DNA from: an uncultured bacterium
Lineage (GTDB): Bacteria > Patescibacteriota > Minisyncoccia > UBA6257 > 2-01-FULL-56-20
DNA: 64,000 nt
Reading direction: 5' to 3'
NCBI GenBank assembly: GCA_963707865.1
Contig: OY970175.1
Location: forward strand, 556,011 to 620,010
Both the position numbers and the translations under genes were made by a program. The notes under the pieces were generated by a model. The model searched no databases, was not told the origin of the DNA, and saw nothing but the letters and a program-made list of their open reading frames with translations. The stretch's first letter is position 1. The number at the start of each line of letters is the position of its first letter. Of this stretch, positions 57,210-64,000 are shown one piece after another.

Positions 57210-58457
57210 TTATTTTATGTTTATGAAAAACTTCCCGCTACGGGCGATGCACAAATCATTCTGCACGAGGAAGCATTCGATCCAATGCTTGCCTGGATAT
57301 TTCGTTGATTCCCAACGGATTTCCTTGCCCTGAAAAATGTTTCCGCGCAAACCTCCAGCGGCAATCGCTGCTGGGCCGGTGTTCACGACTTGCCAATGGT
57401 AATCAAGCGGGCCGCTCGCTGCGGTCCGCGCCTGATAGCGGAGCTGGAAACCGGATCGCAGGTTCCGACCATCCGAATTGATGCCTCCAAGTTTCTTTTT
57501 TCCCGAAGCATCGTAAACGCTCGCATCAATGTGAACCTTTGCCGCTTCCGCAATCGGCCACTTTGGCAGTTCACGGTGCGAATAGTCCGCCAGCGCAGGC
57601 AATGCCTCTTCGGCTGCCAACGCTTTTTGAATCGTGGCTGGAAAATCGTCCCCGAAAATCTTCCTCCACTCATCAACGGCATCTCCTAAGCCGTCTTCCT
57701 TCTTTTCAAACTCGCACGCTTTCGTCGCCCGATTAAGAGCGGTATCCACGTGACTCCTAAGATCGGGGTCGGTAACCGTTGCGGAAAAGTAGGCGAAAAA
57801 CTCCTTGAGTATTTCTGGGTATTCCTTACCCGCAAAATCGCCGGAGGCGAAGAATGCTATGACCTTGTTTTCAATCTCGTAGGACTTTATTTTTGCGGTA
57901 CAGTTTTCTGACCACTTCTTCACCATGCGAACAAGCGACCTCGTTTTCCCCGTTTCCGCGTCAGAATCCTGTATACGTTTCATTTCCTGACGTGGATCCC
58001 ATTGTTCCCACGAGCCGTCGTTTTCAGAATTCGGAATGCGAAATGTCCCATCATCATTTTCCCAGGCGGGTAAAAGCTCAACGTCGTGCTTGGTCTCGGC
58101 AAATTCCAGGACTACGACCTTCCCAAAAGCCCGGATTGTCGTATCCGGATATTTTTCCTGCAAGATATTCCTGACATCGTTCAGAAGCTGTGATTGCTTA
58201 TTGGACTGGTTGTCGTCATACTGCGCGAATTTTTCGGGCGGCATGATAAAGATAACATCAATGTCTCTTGCGGGACGGATATGCGTATGTTTTCCATAAG
58301 ATCCAATGAGCAGCCTGGTGGTACCATCGTATTCCGTACCCGGGTAATAGTAATCGTGGAGTTTTTTACAGACCCCGGTATGTTTCGCCACCGCATCTTC
58401 CCTCTGCGCGGCCGTCAGCTTTATGTTCTCCAAAAATTTCTCGAATTGTTCCTGCAT
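57210..58457 (-). CDS. SMODS/CD-NTase nucleotidyltransferase with C-terminal AGS-C domain
   Basis: IGSYGKHTHIRPARDIDV, VELLPA, WRKIFGDDFP; C-terminal WQVVNTG...ESTKYPGKHWIECF. Confidence 0.88.
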   Translation of the reverse strand: MQEQFEKFLENIKLTAAQREDAVAKHTGVCKKLHDYYYPGTEYDGTTRLLIGSYGKHTHIRPARDIDVIFIMPPEKFAQYDDNQSNKQSQLLNDVRNILQEKYPDTTIRAFGKVVVLEFAETKHDVELLPAWENDDGTFRIPNSENDGSWEQWDPRQEMKRIQDSDAETGKTRSLVRMVKKWSENCTAKIKSYEIENKVIAFFASGDFAGKEYPEILKEFFAYFSATVTDPDLRSHVDTALNRATKACEFEKKEDGLGDAVDEWRKIFGDDFPATIQKALAAEEALPALADYSHRELPKWPIAEAAKVHIDASVYDASGKKKLGGINSDGRNLRSGFQLRYQARTAASGPLDYHWQVVNTGPAAIAAGGLRGNIFQGKEIRWESTKYPGKHWIECFLVQNDLCIARSGKFFINIK

Positions 58458-58462
58458 GGTGA

Positions 58463-58666
58463 TTACGGTTTCATGTTTCTGGCTTTCTTGAGAACCTGCG
58501 AGAGCGAATCAACGCCGAGCGATTTCTCCGCGCCACCAAGCGTCTTGATGTTGCCGTGCAGTTTGCTTAGGACGGGATATTCTTTCTTCAGGTTCTCAAT
58601 TAAGGAATCTGCCCGCTCTTTGCGGAAGCGGCCCTCATTTGTTTTTTCGTGTTCTCCAAGTTTCAT
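58463..58666 (-). CDS. Small basic hypothetical protein (67 aa)
   Basis: Tightly packed (4-5 nt gaps) between lexA and the NTase; GRFRKERADS...SLSQVLK. Confidence 0.75.
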   Translation of the reverse strand: MKLGEHEKTNEGRFRKERADSLIENLKKEYPVLSKLHGNIKTLGGAEKSLGVDSLSQVLKKARNMKP

Positions 58667-58670
58667 AGTA

Positions 58671-59285
58671 TTAATAAATATTTTCCGGAAGCGTTGCGAC
58701 GACGATGCCTTGGATCATGAACTCATCGGACAAGACGATCGGTTTGTGCGTCGGGTCGGTTGAGTTCGGCCTAAGGACAGTGACTCCACCCTCTCGGTGG
58801 AAATGCTTAACCGTTGCATCGTCATTGATCAATGCCACTACCTTATCGCCTTCTTCGGCGGTCGACTGCTGCCGCACGAGCAAAAGGTCCCCGTCATTAA
58901 TCCCCGATCTATTCATTGATGTCCCTCGGGCGCGAAGAATGAAGTACGTGTGCCCGGGATGGGCGATCTTTGTGGAAACCTCAACCATCGCTTCCGAGTC
59001 CTGCTCCGCAAGCGACGGCAAACCACAAGCGACCGATCCCACAAGCGGTACGTTCACGGTTTGTTCGGACAAGGAAGGCATTCGATTGCAGAGATGGATC
59101 ATGCCCTTCGTGCGCTTGATAAAATCACGTTCCTCCAGCCTGTCAAGCATTTTTTCCGCCGAATGGCGGGATTTATATCCCACCGCCCCGGCAATATCTC
59201 GCAACGAAGGGGTCACCCCGGTGCGAATGATCTGATTCCGGATAAAGGCGTATCCCCGAAGGTCGTTTTTCTCGGTTTTGTTCAT
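58671..59285 (-). CDS. lexA: LexA-family repressor (wHTH plus S24 peptidase)
   Basis: TPSLRDIA..VGYKS; VPLVGSVACG cleavage region; GTSM serine; ATVK lysine. Confidence 0.88.
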   Translation of the reverse strand: MNKTEKNDLRGYAFIRNQIIRTGVTPSLRDIAGAVGYKSRHSAEKMLDRLEERDFIKRTKGMIHLCNRMPSLSEQTVNVPLVGSVACGLPSLAEQDSEAMVEVSTKIAHPGHTYFILRARGTSMNRSGINDGDLLLVRQQSTAEEGDKVVALINDDATVKHFHREGGVTVLRPNSTDPTHKPIVLSDEFMIQGIVVATLPENIY

Positions 59286-59340
59286 TGCCTCTTATTGTAC
59301 CCCATTGCCCACCAGAGTCAAGAGGGTGTAGAATAGGGGA
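59286..59340. promoter_or_regulatory. Overlapping divergent promoters
   Basis: Minus: TTGACT(59321-59316)-16-TACAAT(59299-59294); plus: TTGCCC(59305-59310)-18-TAGAAT(59329-59334). Confidence 0.6.
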
Positions 59341-60180
59341 ATGGCAAGGATAAATCGCCCGAAATTCAAGATGGCCCGGCCGAGACGCATATACGACCGC
59401 AACTATTACAGAGCACAGGCAATGCTCCGCGATCCCTGGTTCATAAAAAAAGTGGCATGGCTCAAGGAGCGGTTTGCCGAAGTTGGCTCTCCCCTTCCCA
59501 GGCGGCCGTTCAAAAGATACATAGACTATCTCGCATGGAACGATCGCTATTGGAAACGCTTCGCCGAGATGGAAACGACAGAAAAGTTTCTGGAGGCGAA
59601 ACAGCGGATTACCGGAGGGAAGGAAAAGATGTCGATGGAAGAATATTATGCGTTGGAAGATTTCCGGAAAGAATTCCTACCACCGGTTTACGGCGAAACC
59701 TACAGCGAGATATTAAAACATTTCAATATTGATACTCAGGACAAAGGTTTCCGGGATTTCTTGGAATTTTATCTTTTCTTTGGACAAAAATATTATCACA
59801 CGTCGCCGTTCTCCGTCGTGTGGCGGCGCAACGAAAAGACCGACGAGATGGAATTGTTTTTGCATCTCCACGGCCATACGAAAAAGGAGGATATCGTGCG
59901 CCATTGGAGCTGGGTCGCTTCGGATCAAAAACACCTCAAGGATTTCATCGGTAAGAATAAAGCGTGGAAGACCTTTGACCGCGACATCGAAATTTATGGC
60001 GTGTATAAGCAACTTCGGGAATCCGGCGTTAAGCGCCACGGCGGTAGCGATCCCTTCGAGGGCATAACGGCTCTCGACAAAGATATCTGGGCGCAATTAC
60101 ACAAAAAGTATCCGAAGATCACAACAGAAAACATCCGCAAGGTTGTGTCCCACACCCGAAAAAGACTCGGCGAATTCTGA
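59341..60180 (+). CDS. Hypothetical protein (279 aa) with possible C-terminal HTH
   Basis: Long ORF divergent from lexA; RDIEIY...ITTENIRKVVS. Confidence 0.75.
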   Translation: MARINRPKFKMARPRRIYDRNYYRAQAMLRDPWFIKKVAWLKERFAEVGSPLPRRPFKRYIDYLAWNDRYWKRFAEMETTEKFLEAKQRITGGKEKMSMEEYYALEDFRKEFLPPVYGETYSEILKHFNIDTQDKGFRDFLEFYLFFGQKYYHTSPFSVVWRRNEKTDEMELFLHLHGHTKKEDIVRHWSWVASDQKHLKDFIGKNKAWKTFDRDIEIYGVYKQLRESGVKRHGGSDPFEGITALDKDIWAQLHKKYPKITTENIRKVVSHTRKRLGEF

Positions 60181-60246
60181 CGAATCCGGCTAAGCGGTGC
60201 GTTTAGCCCTCACATAGGAGCTATTTTTTATATCTATGCTTGAGGT

Positions 60247-61524
60247 ATGGCAAAAAATCAACTGACATGGCGGACGGAGACGCGAACGGTTGCGGATTTG
60301 GTTCCCAATCCGAAGAACCCCCGCACGATGAGTCCGAAGCAGGCCGAAGACCTCAAGAAAAGCATCACGAAATTCGGCATCGTGGAGATCCCCGCGGTTG
60401 ATACCGATAACCGTGTGTTAGCGGGCCACCAGCGTTTAATGGCGCTCAAACTCCTTGGGCGCGAGAACGAGACGATCCCTGTCCGCGTGCCGAATCGCAA
60501 ACTCACGAAGCGCGAGTATGACCAGTATCTCTTGATCAGTAACCGCGTCCACGGCGAGTTTGACTGGGACAAGCTCGCGGAAAACTTCGACATTGAAACG
60601 ATCCTCGCGAGCGGGTTTGAGGACAATGACCTCTCGCTGCTCTATGACGACGTTTCCATTGAGGACGACGAGTTCCGCGTGGACGAGGAGATTAAAAAGA
60701 TAAAGAAGACGGATGTGCGGCCCGGGAGCTTGTACCAGCTTGGCTCCCATAGAATCCTCTGCGGAGACAGTACGGACCCGAAAGCGGTTAAACGGCTCAT
60801 GGCCGGAAAGAGCGCGGCGGCCATCCTGCAGGATCCTCCCTTCAATATCGGCTTGAGTTATAACAAAGGCATCGGCGGCAAAGGTAATTACGGCGGCAGT
60901 ACCGACGACGCGAAATCTGACGCCGAATACGAGGTACTTCTCCGCAAAGCACTCGCAAACGGCCTTGCCGCGTGCGCGAAGGACGCGCACGTTTTCACCT
61001 ACCACGATCCCCGCTACACGTGGTTACTGCAAAAGCTCTACAAGGATCTCGGCATCACCTACCGCCGGACATGTTTGTGGATAAAGAATAATTCCACGCC
61101 CACGCCGAACGTCGCGTTCAACCGCCAATACGAGCCCGTCCTTTATGGCACCGTCGGGAAGCCATATCTTTCCGAACGCGCCTTCAACTTCTCCGAGGTT
61201 CTGAACCATGACGTAGGCAGCGGCAACCGTACGATCGACGACATTTACGACCTGATTGATATTTGGCTCGTGAAACGCCTCGGCGGAGCGGCATACGAAC
61301 ATCCGACAGAAAAGCCGCCGATGCTTCACGAGCGGCCGCTGCGCCGCTGCACAAAACCGGGAGACATCGTGCTCGACTTGTTCTCAGGCTCGGCGAGTTT
61401 GATGGTCGCGTGCCACCAACTGAAACGCATCGCGTACATGGTCGAGCGTGAGCCGGTATTCGTGCAGCTTGCGATAAATCGATATGAGAAACTCACCAAT
61501 GAAAAAGCAAAAAGGATCAAATAA
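60247..61524 (+). CDS. ParB-like N-terminal domain fused to N4/N6 DNA methyltransferase
   Basis: PNPKNPR, AGHQR; LCGDST, QDPPFN, HPTEKP, VLDLFSGS. Confidence 0.9.
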   Translation: MAKNQLTWRTETRTVADLVPNPKNPRTMSPKQAEDLKKSITKFGIVEIPAVDTDNRVLAGHQRLMALKLLGRENETIPVRVPNRKLTKREYDQYLLISNRVHGEFDWDKLAENFDIETILASGFEDNDLSLLYDDVSIEDDEFRVDEEIKKIKKTDVRPGSLYQLGSHRILCGDSTDPKAVKRLMAGKSAAAILQDPPFNIGLSYNKGIGGKGNYGGSTDDAKSDAEYEVLLRKALANGLAACAKDAHVFTYHDPRYTWLLQKLYKDLGITYRRTCLWIKNNSTPTPNVAFNRQYEPVLYGTVGKPYLSERAFNFSEVLNHDVGSGNRTIDDIYDLIDIWLVKRLGGAAYEHPTEKPPMLHERPLRRCTKPGDIVLDLFSGSASLMVACHQLKRIAYMVEREPVFVQLAINRYEKLTNEKAKRIK

Positions 61525-62257
61525 AGCGGGGGCGATCTGGCAACTCGGCAACCACCGCTTGGCGCACGGCGACTGCCGCGACAAGGAATTGCTCAGGCGG
61601 CTCATTGGCGGGGAGAAAATAAATCTTCTCTGCTGCGATGTACCATACGGCGTTTCCGTTGCCGCTTCAAAACGCAATTTCCGAACCCTCTCAAAGGATA
61701 AGGATATAGCGAACGATCAACTTCAAACGGATGGCGAGTACCGAACATTCACGCGCGAATGGATGGAAGCAATCGCGCCCTTCCTCGCAAGCAAAAATTC
61801 AGCGTACATCTTCAATGCCGATAAAATGGTCTGGCCGCTGCGCGAGGGCATGATCGATGCCGGATTCAAGGTGGCGCAACTTCTTGTGTGGATAAAATCG
61901 CAGGCGGTCGTGGGCCGTCTTGATTACGCCCCGCAGCACGAGCTCATCCTCTACGGCTGGCGCGGGACGCACAAATATCGGCACTCCAAGGACAGGTCCG
62001 TTCTCTTTTACCCACGCCCCTCGAAAAGCAAACTCCATCCAACGACTAAGCCCCTGGGCCTTATCCGAAGATTGGTACTCAACTCCTCGGAGATCGGCGG
62101 CATGGTATATGACGGATTTCTCGGATCGGGCACGACGCTCCTCGCATGCGAACAGACGAAACGCAAATGCTTCGCCGTCGAGCTTGATCTTGAGTATTGC
62201 ATGACCGCGATCCGGCAATGGGAGCGTATGACCGGGGAAAAAGCACAACGCATATGA
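61499..62257 (+). CDS. N4/N6 DNA methyltransferase (beta class)
   Basis: HGDC, CDVPYG, HPTTKP, YDGFLGSGTT. Confidence 0.88.
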   Translation: MKKQKGSNKAGAIWQLGNHRLAHGDCRDKELLRRLIGGEKINLLCCDVPYGVSVAASKRNFRTLSKDKDIANDQLQTDGEYRTFTREWMEAIAPFLASKNSAYIFNADKMVWPLREGMIDAGFKVAQLLVWIKSQAVVGRLDYAPQHELILYGWRGTHKYRHSKDRSVLFYPRPSKSKLHPTTKPLGLIRRLVLNSSEIGGMVYDGFLGSGTTLLACEQTKRKCFAVELDLEYCMTAIRQWERMTGEKAQRI

Positions 62258-62775
62258 AAAAGAGCGATCCCAAAAAAGCATTATTACTTGAGCAGCTACG
62301 GAAAACGCCGATCGTGGAAGCGGCGTGCCAAAAGGTCGGCATCTCCCGGACGACCTACTATCGGTGGAAGCAGGATGATCCGGAATTTGCAAAAGCCACG
62401 GACGAGGCGATGTTCGGCGGGCAATTGCTTGTGAACGACCTTGCCGAAGGACAGTTGATCAGCGCGGTCCGGGAGCGCAACCTCCACGCCATCGTGTATT
62501 GGCTGCGCCACCACCATCCGGACTATGCGGACACGATCCAGATCAAGCATTCCCTCCAAGACGAAACGCTCACGCCCGAGCAGGAAGCCCTTGTCCGGGA
62601 AGCCCTGCGGCTCGCGGCCCTGAGCGAAGCGGAAGTCATAAAACATAACGAACAAAATAATGGACACACCAACACAACATCTCCCGAGCAACCCCCTGAA
62701 ACAGCGAAACCCGATTCCCAAGGAACTGGTGGAGGCGATGATAAAGGACAAGAAAGTAAGAGTGGCGATCACTAA
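62254..62775 (+). CDS. HTH protein, probable terminase small subunit
   Basis: PIVEAACQKVGISRTTYYRWKQDDPEF; directly precedes the large terminase. Confidence 0.75.
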   Translation: MKKSDPKKALLLEQLRKTPIVEAACQKVGISRTTYYRWKQDDPEFAKATDEAMFGGQLLVNDLAEGQLISAVRERNLHAIVYWLRHHHPDYADTIQIKHSLQDETLTPEQEALVREALRLAALSEAEVIKHNEQNNGHTNTTSPEQPPETAKPDSQGTGGGDDKGQESKSGDH

Positions 62776-64000
62776 GGAAAGCCACTGGTACTTCTTCCAC
62801 TTTTACTTCGCCCATTACGTCAAATACCCGACGGCGCAGTTCCAGGCGGAGATTTTCGACCTCACCGAGAATGAGGCGGTCGGTAATTTCTTCGTGGTCG
62901 CGTTCCGGGGCAGCAGCAAATCGACCATCCTCACGACCTCCTACCCCCTCTGGGCGATCTTAGGCAGACAACAAAAACGGTTTGCCCTCATTCTCTGCCA
63001 AACGCAGAGCCAGGCGAAGCAGCATATGATGAACCTGCGGCGCGAACTTGAAAGCAACGTGATTCTCAAACGTGACCTCGGCCCGTTCAAGGAAGAGTCC
63101 GATGAATGGGGATCGTCCTCGCTTGTTTTTTCAAAGCTGAACGCGCGCATTACGGCGGCCTCTTCCGAACAGAGCATTCGTGGCTTGCGACACAACCAGT
63201 ACCGCCCTGACCTCATCATCGGTGATGACGTGGAGGACCTTGCCTCCACAAAAACCCGTGAAGGCCGGAACAAAACGTACCAATGGTTCACGGGAGAGGT
63301 CGTACCGACCGGAGACCGGAATACGCGCATCGTGGTCGTGGGCAATTTGCTCCATGAGGATTCCCTCCTCATGCGGATCAAGGAAGATATTGAGCAGCAC
63401 CGGATTGACGGCATATTCAAGGAATATCCGTTGATCAAAAGCGGCGAGATTCTCTGGCCGGGAAAGTATCCGTCCGTTGAGGATGTGGCTACCGAGAAGA
63501 GGAAAGCTGGAAACGAATTCGCGTGGGAGCGGGAATACATGCTCCATATTGTTCCCGATGAGGAGCAGGCTATCCATAAGGAGTGGATCCAGTATTACGA
63601 CGAGCTACCGCGCGGCGGGACGGACTGCCAGGGATATCCCACACACCGGGAAGTGCGGATCGGCGTTGACCTCGCGATCTCGCAACGCGACACCGCCGAC
63701 TACACCGCGATGGTGCCGGGGCTTGTCTATGACGAGGACGAGGATACTCGCATCTACATCCTCCCGCAGATCGTGAACCGCAAGATGACCTTTCCCGAGA
63801 CGGTGGAACTCTGCAAGCTGCTCCATAACTCTTTTTACAAAGAGGACAGGCAGTATCCCACGTTCGTCATCGAGGATGTGGCGTACCAGAAATCATTGCC
63901 GCAGCAACTTGAAGCGGAGGGCGTTTCCGACGTGGAAACCACGCGACCGGGTAATCAAGACAAGCGCACAAGGATCGTGCTTACCGCGCACAAGATAAAG
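62660..64000 (+). CDS. Phage terminase large subunit (truncated by the right edge; absent from the ORF track)
   Basis: Manual translation from ATG 62660: VAFRGSSKST (Walker A), RPDLIIGDDVED (Walker B), VVGNLLHEDS, IGVDLAIS...ADYTA nuclease domain. Confidence 0.88.
   Translation, partial: MDTPTQHLPSNPLKQRNPIPKELVEAMIKDKKVRVAITKESHWYFFHFYFAHYVKYPTAQFQAEIFDLTENEAVGNFFVVAFRGSSKSTILTTSYPLWAILGRQQKRFALILCQTQSQAKQHMMNLRRELESNVILKRDLGPFKEESDEWGSSSLVFSKLNARITAASSEQSIRGLRHNQYRPDLIIGDDVEDLASTKTREGRNKTYQWFTGEVVPTGDRNTRIVVVGNLLHEDSLLMRIKEDIEQHRIDGIFKEYPLIKSGEILWPGKYPSVEDVATEKRKAGNEFAWEREYMLHIVPDEEQAIHKEWIQYYDELPRGGTDCQGYPTHREVRIGVDLAISQRDTADYTAMVPGLVYDEDEDTRIYILPQIVNRKMTFPETVELCKLLHNSFYKEDRQYPTFVIEDVAYQKSLPQQLEAEGVSDVETTRPGNQDKRTRIVLTAHKIK

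Larger units (their letters stand above)
54193..64000. mobile_element. Integrated phage-like element next to tRNA-Ile (continues past the right edge)
   Basis: att-like scars, defence cargo, LexA/cI-type repressor with divergent promoters, ParB-methyltransferase, methyltransferase, terminase genes; left boundary approximate. Confidence 0.7.

Overview
Bacterial chromosome segment whose gene content suggests Patescibacteria (CPR), probably Parcubacteria (inference from compact genes, many apparently leaderless starts, a type IV pilus locus, GH130 cluster and RRM protein). 1-15.3 kb: minus-strand de novo purine cluster (purL-purQ-HD-purE-purC-purF-purN-purD-purB-purM-orphan-guaB-purA). 15.4-29.6 kb: mixed metabolic and housekeeping genes. 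29.7-36.6 kb: ftsZ/ftsA/ybeY interleaved with an IS481-family element and three unrelated predicted nuclease genes (NYN, DUF3800, a possible BECR-fold protein). Each nuclease gene is met at its 3' end by a small structured RNA with its own convergent sigma70-type promoter, which is the best candidate for an undescribed system here. 37-54 kb: rpsU, hisS, lepB, pth, type IV pilus genes, RluA, a 1400-aa secreted lipase-like protein, and two families of covarying palindromic intergenic elements. From tRNA-Ile (54058-54132) to the right edge: an integrated phage-like element with att-like scars, a CYTH protein, two structured non-coding regions, a LexA-led CBASS-like operon (two SMODS nucleotidyltransferases plus a SLATT effector), two DNA methyltransferases and terminase genes. 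All calls come from reading motifs by eye; no searches or folding programs were run.
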